A stretch of DNA of 64,000 nucleotides from Candidatus Babeliales bacterium (GCA_963722075.1 CAVRJM010000001.1:192001-256000); one strand, 5' to 3'. Counted from the stretch's first letter, positions 37,479 through 48,032 are shown. The notes: generated from the letters alone by a model not told the origin. Translations and numbers: made by a program.

Positions 37479-39920
37479 TTATTTTTTCTTATTCTTGGCA
37501 GTTGATTTCTTGTTATTGCCATTTTTACCGTTTTTGCCGTTCTTCTTGAGTTCTTTTGCTTTTTCATAGGGATTTTTGTAAAAGGCATTGGCAAGCACTT
37601 CATCAATAGTATCTACATAAATAATAGTCAGATTGAGGGGGGTATCTTTGAGTACTTCCTCAATGTCATCCTGATTTTCTTTAGGTACTAATACGGTGGT
37701 TAAATTATGTTGCTGGGCAGCAAGAAGTTTTTCTTTAAGACCTCCTACTGAAAGAACGCGACCGCGGAGAGTAATTTCACCAGTCATAGCCACATCAGGG
37801 CGTGTTGGATTTTTAGTGAGTGCTGAAATTAAAGAAACACACATGGTAATACCAGCGGAAGGACCATCTTTAGGGGTAGCGCCTTCAGGAATATGAATAT
37901 GCAGATCTTTACTTGAATAAAATGATTCTTTGAGACCAAGTTCTGAAGCGCGGGATCTAATATAGCTTAAAGCTGCGTAGGCAGATTCCTGCATCACTTC
38001 ACCTAGTTGACCCGTTAAGGTTAACCCGCCTTTACCCGGTAATACTGATGTTTCAATTTCTAATACATCACCACCAACTTCTGTCCATGCAAGTCCGGTA
38101 GCAATACCGATACGCTCTTTTAATAAATCTAATGTTGTTTTTTTATATTTAGGATGGCCAAGCCATTGTTTAATATACTCATCAGTTATAACCAGTGAAG
38201 TGGTATGGGAATCCTTGAGGAATACCTGAATGGTTTTACGCATTAATTTAGTAAGAATGCGCTCTAATTGACGTACGCCAGCTTCTTTTGTGTATTCGCT
38301 AATAATTTTATATAAGCTGACGTCAGTTATGTGAAACTGTTTTTTATTGAGTTGGTACTCTTTAAGCGCTTTAGGAATGAGGAAATTGCGTGCAATATCT
38401 TCCTTTTCCTTTTCAGTATAGCCTGAAAGAGTAATAATTTCCATACGATCAAAGAGTGGGTATGGAATCCCTTCGATCATATTTGCCGTAGCAATAAACA
38501 TAACTTTAGAAAGATCGTATTCCATATCAAGAAAATGATCGGTAAATGCTTTATTTTGTTCTGGATCAAGTACTTCCAATAGTGCTGATGCGGGATCACC
38601 ATGAATATCACGTGCCATTTTATCAATTTCATCAAGCAAAATAAGCGGGTTTAATGTTTTTGCTTTACGCATCCCTTGAATAATTTTACCCGGCAGAGCA
38701 CCGATATACGTTCTTCGGTGTCCTCTAATTTCTGCTTCATCTTTAATACCGCCCAAGGAAATACGCACAAATTCGCGTCCTAAGCTTTTTGCAATGGAGC
38801 TGGCAAGCGATGTTTTACCAACGCCGGGCGGCCCAACCAAGCAAATAATTGGTGAACGCTCAATTGATTTAGAAAATTTTTTAGCAGCGATAAATTCGAT
38901 TATACGTTCTTTTGGCTTTGAGAGCCCTGCATGCTGCTTATTAAGAATTTTTTCTGCTTGTTCAAGGCTGATGGTATCTTTGCTTTGTTTTTTCCATGGT
39001 ATAGAAAGTATCCAATCAATGTAATTACGTGACACTGCTGCCTCAGAAGAAAGTGGCGGCATTTGTTCTAAGCGCTTAAGTTCTTTTTCTACTTTTTCAA
39101 ACGCTTCCTCTGAAAGGCCTAGATTTTTTGCTTTAGCGCGTAATTGAGATATTTCTGCTCCTTGATCTTCCCGTCCAAGTTCTTTGTGAATAGCTTTAAG
39201 CTGTTCGGTAAGATAATATTCACGCTGACTCTTTTCTACTTGGCTTTGAATACGCCCTTTAATGCGCTGCTCCGTTTGTAGAATATCAATTTCTTTTTTT
39301 AATAAAGAACTGAGCTTAATGAGCCGTTCGCCTAAATCAGGAGTTTCAAGCATTGCTTGGCGTTCATCAAAAGAAAGATTGATATGAACGGCGATCGTAT
39401 CAGCAATCGCATCCATATCTTCTACTGATTTGGCAATAGTCATCAAGTCTACTGGAACTTTTTCATTGAATTTAGTATAGGTTTCATAGAGTTCTTTAAG
39501 ATGGCGCCAGAGCGCTTCTATTTCTACCGTCTTTTCAAGCCCTGTTGTTGGCATATCGATAATGGTAACACCGATAAAGCCATGGGTTTGATCTGCTTGA
39601 GTAATACGCGCGCGTGCAATACCTTCTACCAAAATTTTTAATGATCCATTGGGCATACGCATTACTTGTAGGATGGTTGCCCTGGTTCCTACATGAAAAA
39701 TATCGTCTTCGGTTGGATTTTCAGTGGCAGCATTTTTTTGAGTGGAAATAAAGATTGATTTATCATCTTTAAGGGCAAATTCTACTGCTTGAATAGAAGA
39801 TGGGCGACCAACAATAATAGGAAGAATACTTTTAGGAAGAATGATGACATTTTTAAGAGGCAATAATGGTAGATAATGGGAAGTGGGAACTATTGCTGTT
39901 TCATGATTTTCTTGTTTCAT
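37479..39920 (-). CDS. lon: ATP-dependent protease La
   Basis: LON N-domain, GPPGVGKTS, RGHRRTYIGALPG, LDEIDK, PKDGPSAG, GGLKEK. Confidence 0.98.
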   Translation of the reverse strand: MKQENHETAIVPTSHYLPLLPLKNVIILPKSILPIIVGRPSSIQAVEFALKDDKSIFISTQKNAATENPTEDDIFHVGTRATILQVMRMPNGSLKILVEGIARARITQADQTHGFIGVTIIDMPTTGLEKTVEIEALWRHLKELYETYTKFNEKVPVDLMTIAKSVEDMDAIADTIAVHINLSFDERQAMLETPDLGERLIKLSSLLKKEIDILQTEQRIKGRIQSQVEKSQREYYLTEQLKAIHKELGREDQGAEISQLRAKAKNLGLSEEAFEKVEKELKRLEQMPPLSSEAAVSRNYIDWILSIPWKKQSKDTISLEQAEKILNKQHAGLSKPKERIIEFIAAKKFSKSIERSPIICLVGPPGVGKTSLASSIAKSLGREFVRISLGGIKDEAEIRGHRRTYIGALPGKIIQGMRKAKTLNPLILLDEIDKMARDIHGDPASALLEVLDPEQNKAFTDHFLDMEYDLSKVMFIATANMIEGIPYPLFDRMEIITLSGYTEKEKEDIARNFLIPKALKEYQLNKKQFHITDVSLYKIISEYTKEAGVRQLERILTKLMRKTIQVFLKDSHTTSLVITDEYIKQWLGHPKYKKTTLDLLKERIGIATGLAWTEVGGDVLEIETSVLPGKGGLTLTGQLGEVMQESAYAALSYIRSRASELGLKESFYSSKDLHIHIPEGATPKDGPSAGITMCVSLISALTKNPTRPDVAMTGEITLRGRVLSVGGLKEKLLAAQQHNLTTVLVPKENQDDIEEVLKDTPLNLTIIYVDTIDEVLANAFYKNPYEKAKELKKNGKNGKNGNNKKSTAKNKKK

Positions 39921-40209
39921 ACTATTGCCTTACAATTTAATTTTTCTATTTGAATTTATAACGATATAAAAATATACATTTATTATGCGCTCAGAAGGTG
40001 TTTTGGACTAAAGATGACTAGGGTGAGCTGCTTTATCAGCTTCGTATACGATTCTTATATGTAGTTTAGAGTAGCAAAAAGAGAAATGATAGTAAATCTT
40101 TACACGTAAAGGCTTTTAATAATAAGTAATTTTTGCATATTTTTTTACAAATGATTAATCTTTTGTTAGGGTATACATAGGAATATAAACATTGTTAAAC
40201 GAGGATTCT

Positions 40210-41559
40210 ATGGATAATAGTTCGACTATTAAGACATGGTGGGGTACTTTTACCAGGCCAGAGCTTAAGAAATTTTCTTTATTAGGTGGTATTTTTGGAT
40301 TTACCATTGGTGTATACTGGCTTTTAAGGCCTATCAAAGATGGTGTTTTCAATCAGTATGTGGGTGCTACCTACATCCCTACGGCAAAGCTCGTTTCTCT
40401 GGTTGTTGTTATTCCATTAGTTATAGTCTATTCCAAGCTCGTTGATGCGTTCCCGCGTCAACGCGTATTCTATGCATTAAGTGGTATTTATGCATTACTA
40501 GCGCTCGGTTTGGGCCTAATTATGATGCACCCTGAACTGGGAATGCATATGGCAATTCCTCAAGTGGGCCACCCATCAATCTGGGGAAGACTCATTGGCT
40601 GGTTTGCATATTCCTATGTAGAAAGTTTTGGTTCCATTATGGTGGCGCTCTTCTGGGCATTTGCTGCTGACACCACCACTCCTGAATCAGCAAAGCGAGG
40701 GTATGCACTTGTTGCGTTTGGGGCTCAATTGGGTGGGATTCTTGGGCCTCTGGTGGCTGCAACGCAAGCTGAAAAAATTGGAGAGCCAATCTTATTATTA
40801 ATCGCCAGTGTGGTGATGCTTGGTATCGGTGGTATGGTATGGTATTTCATGCGCGTTACTCCTAAAGAAGAACTTGCAGGGTATCAAGCTGCTGGTGCAC
40901 ATGCAAAGCCAAAAGAAAAAACAAACTTTATGGATGATATGAAGCTTCTTTTCTCTCAACCATATTTACTGGGTATTTTTGGCGTTATTACGTTATATGA
41001 AGTAATTGTAACTATTTTTGACTTTTATTTAAAATATTTCGCTTCATTAGAATTTAATGGTGCAGGAGAATATACCGCGTACTTAGGTATGTATGGCGTA
41101 TATACCAATATCCTTGCCTGTATTTGCGTTTTCTTAGGGGTAAATAATATTGGTAGAAAATTAGGTCTTGGTGTAGCGCTTACCATTACGCCCGTTATTA
41201 TTGCAATTGCGGCACTTATTCTTGCCTTTAAACCGACACTTTCAATTGCTTTCTGGATTATGGTGTTCTGTAAAGGTCTTAATTACGCGCTTAATCAGCC
41301 GTCTAAAGAACAGCTTTATATTCCTACAACTCCTGAAACTAAATATAAAGTTAAAGCATTTATGGAAATGTTTGGTTCTCGTAGTTCAAAAGCATTTGGT
41401 TCGCTTATTAACATTGTTAAACAATTTGTTAGCAGTGAATCATTCATACTCTTTTCGACTGTAGCATCACTGGGTATGGTTGGCGTGTGGCTCTATGCGG
41501 CGTTGTTCCTTGCAAAGACACACAAACAAGCGATTGCTGAGAAACGAGTTGTATGTTAA
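40210..41559 (+). CDS. Nucleotide (ATP/ADP) translocase, Tlc/Npt family
   Basis: LLRPIKD, YSKLVD, LFWAFA..TTPESAKRGY, KGLNYALNQPSKEQLYIP..KYKVK; about 12 TM helices. Confidence 0.88.
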   Translation: MDNSSTIKTWWGTFTRPELKKFSLLGGIFGFTIGVYWLLRPIKDGVFNQYVGATYIPTAKLVSLVVVIPLVIVYSKLVDAFPRQRVFYALSGIYALLALGLGLIMMHPELGMHMAIPQVGHPSIWGRLIGWFAYSYVESFGSIMVALFWAFAADTTTPESAKRGYALVAFGAQLGGILGPLVAATQAEKIGEPILLLIASVVMLGIGGMVWYFMRVTPKEELAGYQAAGAHAKPKEKTNFMDDMKLLFSQPYLLGIFGVITLYEVIVTIFDFYLKYFASLEFNGAGEYTAYLGMYGVYTNILACICVFLGVNNIGRKLGLGVALTITPVIIAIAALILAFKPTLSIAFWIMVFCKGLNYALNQPSKEQLYIPTTPETKYKVKAFMEMFGSRSSKAFGSLINIVKQFVSSESFILFSTVASLGMVGVWLYAALFLAKTHKQAIAEKRVVC

Positions 41560-41592
41560 TTACAGCAATTAATAATGAAAATTAATTAGTAT

Positions 41593-41622
41593 AAAGGCCT
41601 TCTAAAAAAAGAAGGCCTTTTT
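41593..41622 (+). terminator. Intrinsic terminator between the two translocase genes
   Basis: AAAGGCCTTCT-loop-AGAAGGCCTTTTT. Confidence 0.75.
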
Positions 41623-41676
41623 GTGTTAGTAGCATTTTTTGCATTATTCATTTATAAGATTTCTAGGGGACGCTAT

Positions 41677-43086
41677 ATGAAATCTAAGCTCGGTGGTTTT
41701 GGTTCTTTTTTTGGTATGCAACGTGAAGAGCGTTTGAAGCTCATTTTATTAGCAGTTTCTTTCTTTCTTGTTATTGGTGCATACTCATTAGTTCGTGAGC
41801 TTAAAAGCTCTATGTTTATGAGTATTGTGGGTAAAGAATATGTACCCATGGCGCGCATGCTCGCCATGCTCTTATTAATTCCTGCTACTTTATTTTATTC
41901 GTTCCTGGTTGATAAAATGAAGCGCTATCAGCTTCTGTATTTTTACAGTATTGCATATGGTGTTGCTGGATTGTTTTGCGTCTATTTAGCGGGGCATCCA
42001 ACGATTGGGCTTCCTAATACAGAAACAAGTGCGCACCGCTTATTTGGTTGGTTTTTTTACTTTTTTATAGAAGTTTTTTCTCCCTTTGTTATTAGCGTTT
42101 TTTGGGCTTTTTCCAACTCAGTGTATAATCCTGAAGGGGCCAAAAATAACTACGCCTTATTAGTATCTGCGTCTAAAGTCGGCGGTATGGTTACCACCGG
42201 GTTAGCGTGGCTCTTATTTAGCCATCGTTCCTTAACGGGTGATAAGATTTTTTCTGACGTCGTTGGCCACCAATTTTTATTGGGATTCTTTTCTCTATTG
42301 GCGCTTATAATACCGTTTGTCGTGTACTTACTTATCAAAAATGTCTCTAAAAAATATCTGCATGGGTATGAAGCGGCGTACCAGTTTGAACGAGAAAAAG
42401 AAAAGAAGCATGAAGAAAAGGTAGGTATTTTTTCAGGCCTTACCTTGCTTATTAAATGCCCTTATATTTTAGGGATATTTGGTATGCTCTTTTTTTACGA
42501 GGTGGTGAGTACCGTATTGAGCTACCATCGATTAGGGATCGCGCAGGAGAGCGCTTCAGACGTCTCTGGCGTGAGTGCGTTCTTATTTGGTATGGCTTTT
42601 ATTCAACATTTTTTTGGTATTATCATCTCGTTTTTAGGAACGCGAACCTTACTACGGGTATTTGGTGAGCGTATTTGCTTATTATTAGTACCGACCATTG
42701 GCGCAATTTTACTGTTATACTTTACGTTGAGTTACACGGTACTTGCCGTGCAAATTGGCCTTATATTATTACAGGCAATTAACTACGCATTTGCGCAGCC
42801 GGTACGTGAGAGCTTATATATCCCAACATTGAAGGATATTAAATTTAAATCAAAATCGTGGATTGATGCATTTGGATCTCGTTTTGCAAAAAGTGTGGGG
42901 TCTACCTTTGTTATGGCCTCGATTAATATGGGTCCTGCCATGTTTGTTCCAGTACATGCGAGTTTCTTTGCGCTCATTAGTATCTTTTGGTTTATTACCG
43001 CGTATCTCCTTGGTAAGCGTTATACACGGGCCATTAGAAATAATGAGGTTATTGGAGTGGAAGAAGCGCGTGAGCAGGTTGCTTAA
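41677..43086 (+). CDS. Nucleotide translocase, Tlc/Npt family (second paralog)
   Basis: LVRELKS, YSFLVD, VFWAFSN, NYAFAQPVRESLYIP..KFKSKSWIDAFGSRFAK; start set at 41677. Confidence 0.86.
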   Translation: MKSKLGGFGSFFGMQREERLKLILLAVSFFLVIGAYSLVRELKSSMFMSIVGKEYVPMARMLAMLLLIPATLFYSFLVDKMKRYQLLYFYSIAYGVAGLFCVYLAGHPTIGLPNTETSAHRLFGWFFYFFIEVFSPFVISVFWAFSNSVYNPEGAKNNYALLVSASKVGGMVTTGLAWLLFSHRSLTGDKIFSDVVGHQFLLGFFSLLALIIPFVVYLLIKNVSKKYLHGYEAAYQFEREKEKKHEEKVGIFSGLTLLIKCPYILGIFGMLFFYEVVSTVLSYHRLGIAQESASDVSGVSAFLFGMAFIQHFFGIIISFLGTRTLLRVFGERICLLLVPTIGAILLLYFTLSYTVLAVQIGLILLQAINYAFAQPVRESLYIPTLKDIKFKSKSWIDAFGSRFAKSVGSTFVMASINMGPAMFVPVHASFFALISIFWFITAYLLGKRYTRAIRNNEVIGVEEAREQVA

Positions 43087-43226
43087 AGTAATTGAGATTT
43101 ATTTGAATTATGGTACAATAAATAATACGTTTTAAGCCTCTTGTATGTTAAATTCTTACTTTCTTGTATGGGTGGTTCCTGTAAAAGCAGACCAGAAAGT
43201 AATTGGTAAAACCCAGAAAGGATATC

Positions 43227-44102
43227 ATGGCAATAGATTTTAAAAAACTAATCGAAGCAGGCGTTCCCTTTGGTCATCCAACGGCAAGTTGGAATCCTAA
43301 GATGGCTTCCTATATTTGGGGACGAAAAAATAAAGTTTATTTAATCAACGTATTAGAAACAGCACGGCTACTAGAAAAAGCAGCGCAGTTTTTAAGCTCA
43401 GTTGCGGCTGAAAATAAAACAATTTTATGGGTTGGAACTAAAAAGGTAGCACGTCCTATTATGACTCATGCTGCGCAAGAAACAAATTGCCCGTATGTTT
43501 CACACCGATGGATTGGTGGTACCTTAACCAATTTTATACAAATTAAAAAACCGATCGCTAAATTGCAGCATTTAAAAGATGTGCTTTCTAAAACGGAGCA
43601 TGAACATTATACCAAAAAAGAAATGAGCCGTTTAAACAAAGAAGCGGATCGCTTAGTAAATAATTTTGGCGGTATTGTAAATTTAAAATGGCCGATTGGT
43701 GCATTAGTTATTGTTGATGTACGTAAAGAACAAGCGGCATTAAAAGAAGCAGCAGCACTTGGTATACCAGTGGTAGCATTAGTTGATACCAATAGTGATC
43801 CTGAATTAGTACAATATGTTATTCCAGGTAATGATGATGGTCGCGATTCAGTTTCAATTATCGTTGATTATTTAGCGCAAGCAGTTAAAAAAGGTAAAGA
43901 AGTTGCTAAAGAAAAAGGTGTACAAGCTGAAGCTGTTGAAGCTGAAACAGTACAAATGCAAGAAGTACTCCCAGAAGCGCTGGAAGTTGAAGACGAGACC
44001 GAAGGATCTGACGCAGTAAAAACTGCCGCAAAAGCTAAACGTTTTAAAGAAACAGGATTTGCGCCCAAGCCTGAAGGTGCAAAAAAAAAGATAAGTAAGT
44101 AA
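43227..44102 (+). CDS. rpsB: 30S ribosomal protein S2
   Basis: LIEAGVPFGH..WNPKM, VGTKK, RWIGGTLTNF, ALVDTNSDP, IPGNDD; start set at ATG 43227. Confidence 0.96.
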   Translation: MAIDFKKLIEAGVPFGHPTASWNPKMASYIWGRKNKVYLINVLETARLLEKAAQFLSSVAAENKTILWVGTKKVARPIMTHAAQETNCPYVSHRWIGGTLTNFIQIKKPIAKLQHLKDVLSKTEHEHYTKKEMSRLNKEADRLVNNFGGIVNLKWPIGALVIVDVRKEQAALKEAAALGIPVVALVDTNSDPELVQYVIPGNDDGRDSVSIIVDYLAQAVKKGKEVAKEKGVQAEAVEAETVQMQEVLPEALEVEDETEGSDAVKTAAKAKRFKETGFAPKPEGAKKKISK

Positions 44103-44125
44103 AGCCTACCCAATAGATTCTTGTT

Positions 44126-44217
44126 GGAGAGGTGTCTGAGTGGTCGAAAGAGCACGATTGGAAATCGTGTATGTCCCGAAAGGGGCATCGAGGGTTCGAA
44201 TCCCTCTCTCTCCACCA
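44126..44217 (+). tRNA. tRNA-Ser(GGA)
   Basis: GGAGAGGTGTCTGAGTGG..CACGA-TT-GGA-AA-TCGTG, long variable arm, GGTTCGAATCC, CCA end. Confidence 0.97.
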
Positions 44218-44339
44218 GTCATTTCTGAAAGAAATGCCTGGCTGCGCCGCTATAGGATTTGTTACGTCGTAACTTTAGCGGCGGCGAATTGAAATTAATC
44301 TTCCTGCTCATCAAAAAAAGGTGAGCAGAATAAAAAGTT

Positions 44340-44422
44340 GGGAAGTCATAAAGGATGAATGCACAATCTGTCAGGTCTGAAAGGAAGCAGCAGGGGCATA
44401 CACATTCTTGTATCGACTTCCC
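44340..44422 (+). ncRNA. ffs: Signal recognition particle RNA (4.5S)
   Basis: Domain IV motif TCAGGTCTGAAAGGAAGCAGCA inside a GGGAAGTC/GACTTCCC closing stem; typical position upstream of dnaX. Confidence 0.9.
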
Positions 44423-44483
44423 TTTATTTTTTGAATGTTTGAGTCTGAAGAGTTTTTATTTATTTAAATGATACGAGGTGTTT

Positions 44484-44981
44484 ATGAAAAGAATCAAATT
44501 GTGTATAGCAGGATTATGCATACTGTTAGCTCACTTAAGCAGCTCTGCTGAACAAGACGGTGCATGTAAAGATGGCGTATGTCCCGTTATACTGGATAAA
44601 CCGCAACCAGCAATACCAAAAGAAAAGCAAGCAGAACACAGTTCTGTTCTTGAGCTAACCAATCAAAATTTTGATTCAATTATCAAAAATTCTACAAAAC
44701 CAGTCATCGTCGATTTTTATGCGGTGTGGTGTGGGCCCTGTAAAATGATGAAGCCCCTCTTTGCTGAGCTTGCTGTAACAGAAAAAGAATATATTTTTGC
44801 AGCAATTGAAGGTGATAAACATCCTACCATAAGTGCACAATGCAAAGTTAATGCGTTTCCTTCTTTTGTTGTTTTTAAAAATGGTGTTCAATGGGGTAAA
44901 ATTGAAGGTGGAAAACCTAAAGAAGATCTTTTGAATGCGATAAAAAAAATTGTCGCAACTGCACAGCCACAAAAAAAGTAA
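44484..44981 (+). CDS. Exported thioredoxin-family protein
   Basis: Signal peptide; extra CKDGVC; VDFYAVWCGPCK. Confidence 0.88.
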   Translation: MKRIKLCIAGLCILLAHLSSSAEQDGACKDGVCPVILDKPQPAIPKEKQAEHSSVLELTNQNFDSIIKNSTKPVIVDFYAVWCGPCKMMKPLFAELAVTEKEYIFAAIEGDKHPTISAQCKVNAFPSFVVFKNGVQWGKIEGGKPKEDLLNAIKKIVATAQPQKK

Positions 44982-44994
44982 ATTTAATAAAACT

Positions 44995-46719
44995 ATGGAT
45001 AATCATTCCCTACAACTTAATCTTGCGCGCAAATGGCGTTCTAAAACGTTTGATCAGGTAGTAGGGCAAGATTTATCGGTACGAATTTTAAAAAACAGCC
45101 TTTATTTAAATCATTATTTTCCGGTGTATCTTTTTGCCGGTCAGCACGGCTGTGGTAAAACTACCATGGCACGTATTTTTGCAGCAGCGGTTAATTGTCA
45201 GCAGCTCACCGTATTTCAGCAAAATCCTAAAGAAGCTGCGATACCATGTCTTGAATGTTCCTCCTGCCTGGCAATGGCGGGAGCTAATCATCCCGATTTT
45301 ATTGAAATTGATGGCGCATCACACACTGGCGTTGATCATGTGCGGCATATTATTGAAGTGGCTGCATTCTTGCCTATTATGGGAAGAAAAAAGATATATC
45401 TTATTGATGAAGCGCACATGCTTAGTAAAGCAGCTTTCAATGCGTTTTTAAAAATACTTGAGGAACCACCGGCATCTGCTCTGTTTATTCTTGCTACTAC
45501 CGAACTATATAAAATTATTGAAACGGTACGTTCACGCAGCTTTCAACTTTTTTTTCGCGCGGTAGAAGAAAAAACATTAGCCGCACATTTAGAACAGATA
45601 TGTGCACGTGAATCAATTGCTTATGATCAGCAAGGGTTAGTTGCTATTGTTAAACACACTAAGGGATCGGTACGCGATGCTATTAATTTGCTTGAACAGA
45701 TACGTTTTGCAGCCAGTCATATTACAAAAAAAGCAGTACTTGAAGTATTGAGTCATACTGATGAGGAAATCATCATTACCGTATATGAAACAATTCAAAA
45801 TGGTAACCCTGAGCAGCTTTTACACTGTATGCAAGAACAAAAATTACAAAGCTATGCAATTGAAGGAGTGTACAAATCATTAATCGAACTTATTACCAGT
45901 TGTATATGGGTTTCATATGGTCAAAAACCGCGCTTTTTTACCCAGTATACTGATCGGCTTAAACGCCTCACGCAAATGCATTCTGTTGCTTATTTTACGG
46001 ATTGTTTAACAGCATTATTTCAATACGAACAACAACTCTATCGAACGGATGCTGCCTGGGAGCTTTTTGAAATGGTGTTATTGCGCTTATGCCTTAAAAG
46101 GAATGCTCTTGCTCAAAAAGCTGAAATAATGGGAGGTTGCAAAGAAACACCAATAGCGTCTCAACCCACAGTTTCCCAAGTAACGTCTAAAAAAAATAAT
46201 GAAATAGTTCCCTTAAATCAAACGAAGTTTGAAATAGTTGATAACCCATTGTGGCATTCATTTATTAGCCAAGTAGAGTTATTTGATCCGTTATTGAGTT
46301 CTATTTTTAAACAAGGCGTATTTAAAGGTTTTGATCAGCAGGGCAGCATTACTATTGCGTTTGGTAAAGAATTTGTCTTTTTTGAAGATATGCTTGAAAA
46401 ATCAAGTACCATTTGGAAGCCGTTGCTTAATTCATTGGCTGGTAAACCGGTGCAGGTAAAGGCACAATTTCAAGAATTGAGCACTTCAATAGCATTGCCT
46501 ATAAAAAAAACAGTTGCTGAACAAAAAGAGCCAATACCGATAAAAAAACCAGTAGCACCAATTAAACCGCCGTATAAAAAAATGGAAAAAAAAACGACTG
46601 AACAAAGAGGAACTACGTATCCCGTGGTTGATACATCAGATACAAATCAATGGAAGAAAGCAGCGTTACTTAAAACATTTTTTCCAGGCACCATTTATGA
46701 ATTACCTGAAGGAACTTAA
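44995..46719 (+). CDS. dnaX: DNA polymerase III subunit gamma/tau
   Basis: LARKWRSKTFDQVVGQ, GCGKTT, EIDGAS, IDEAHMLS..AFNAFLKILEEPP, GSVRDA. Confidence 0.95.
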   Translation: MDNHSLQLNLARKWRSKTFDQVVGQDLSVRILKNSLYLNHYFPVYLFAGQHGCGKTTMARIFAAAVNCQQLTVFQQNPKEAAIPCLECSSCLAMAGANHPDFIEIDGASHTGVDHVRHIIEVAAFLPIMGRKKIYLIDEAHMLSKAAFNAFLKILEEPPASALFILATTELYKIIETVRSRSFQLFFRAVEEKTLAAHLEQICARESIAYDQQGLVAIVKHTKGSVRDAINLLEQIRFAASHITKKAVLEVLSHTDEEIIITVYETIQNGNPEQLLHCMQEQKLQSYAIEGVYKSLIELITSCIWVSYGQKPRFFTQYTDRLKRLTQMHSVAYFTDCLTALFQYEQQLYRTDAAWELFEMVLLRLCLKRNALAQKAEIMGGCKETPIASQPTVSQVTSKKNNEIVPLNQTKFEIVDNPLWHSFISQVELFDPLLSSIFKQGVFKGFDQQGSITIAFGKEFVFFEDMLEKSSTIWKPLLNSLAGKPVQVKAQFQELSTSIALPIKKTVAEQKEPIPIKKPVAPIKPPYKKMEKKTTEQRGTTYPVVDTSDTNQWKKAALLKTFFPGTIYELPEGT

Positions 46720-48032
46720 TGGATATCTTACCTAAAGTAGTTATTATTGGACGAGCAAATGTTGGTAAATCTACCTTATTTAATAGGCTGTCCACCTCCG
46801 TTAAAAGTCTAACCTTAGATATTGCTGGGGTAACGCGTGATTTTATTGCCGATACCGTTAGTTGGAAAGGAGTTACTTTTCAATTAGTTGATAGTGGCGG
46901 GATCAGTTTGAAAAAATCGCAAGACGTGCTTACCGAAAAAGTTCGCCAAATTGCATTATCGCTCATTGAACAAGCGGATTTAGTGCTTTTTGTATGCGAT
47001 GGCAAAGCAGGAATTGTTCCTGAGGATCGAGAAATTAATAAATTTTTGCATAAAGCTGGTAAAGATACCATTGTTGTTGTTAATAAAATTGATGCAACTA
47101 CGGCACAAGAACAGTTATACGAATTTAAGCAGTTGGGTTTTGATACCATAGCAATTTCAGCACTACATGGTACTGGTTCGGGAGAAATATTACACGAAAT
47201 AGTAAAACGGCTTGAAAATAAACAAGTAAGCTACGTTCCTGAAAAATCAAAAATGAATTTGGTGCTTTTGGGCAAACCTAACGTGGGTAAATCATCATTA
47301 TTAAATAAATTATTAGAACAGGAACGTGCCATCGTCTCGCCGCAACCGGGCACCACGCGCGAGCCTATTACCGAACAGATTCGCTTTTATAAAGAAAATA
47401 TTCAAGTAACTGATACGGCAGGCATACGCCGTAAACGTGGCGTCACTGAGCAATTAGAAACAATGATGGTTAAAACGTCATTCAAAGCAGTTGAGCGCGC
47501 TGATATTGTACTTTTATTAATTGAGGGTACTGAAGGGCATTTGAGCGATCAAGAATTGAAACTTGCCTTTTATGCATTTGAACATAATAAGGCGCTTATT
47601 TTATTAATTAATAAGGACGATCTTACCACAGAATTGCAACATGCAGATCTTGATCGCGATTTTGAGAAATATGAATTTTTTGCAAAAAAAATCCCTCAAT
47701 TATATATCTCATGTAAAACCGGAAAAAATATTGGCAAAATTTTACCACTCGTTTCAAAGGTATGGGAGCGGTATAACCAAGAATTCTCTAATCAAGAAGT
47801 AACTGAACTGTTCAAACGAGCGCTTGAAAAAACGCCGCTCTATCATAAAACTTCACAATTACTCCTCAGGAAAGCAAAACAAATTAGCAAAGCGCCGTTA
47901 CAATTTTTATTAATTGTTAATGAACCCTTATGGTTTGGCCCGAGTCAATTATCGTTCTTTGAGAATGTTATGCGTAAGCACTATGATTTGTTGGGCGTGC
48001 CGTTGAAATTTATTCCGAGAAAAAGCGACTGA
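46719..48032 (+). CDS. der: Ribosome biogenesis GTPase Der/EngA
   Basis: Two GTPase domains (GRANVGKSTLFNRL; GKPNVGKSSLLN, DTAGIRRK) plus a KH-like tail. Confidence 0.96.
   Translation: MDILPKVVIIGRANVGKSTLFNRLSTSVKSLTLDIAGVTRDFIADTVSWKGVTFQLVDSGGISLKKSQDVLTEKVRQIALSLIEQADLVLFVCDGKAGIVPEDREINKFLHKAGKDTIVVVNKIDATTAQEQLYEFKQLGFDTIAISALHGTGSGEILHEIVKRLENKQVSYVPEKSKMNLVLLGKPNVGKSSLLNKLLEQERAIVSPQPGTTREPITEQIRFYKENIQVTDTAGIRRKRGVTEQLETMMVKTSFKAVERADIVLLLIEGTEGHLSDQELKLAFYAFEHNKALILLINKDDLTTELQHADLDRDFEKYEFFAKKIPQLYISCKTGKNIGKILPLVSKVWERYNQEFSNQEVTELFKRALEKTPLYHKTSQLLLRKAKQISKAPLQFLLIVNEPLWFGPSQLSFFENVMRKHYDLLGVPLKFIPRKSD

Noticed and set aside
43868..44215. 115-aa minus-strand ORF
   Set aside because: Antisense to tRNA-Ser and the end of rpsB
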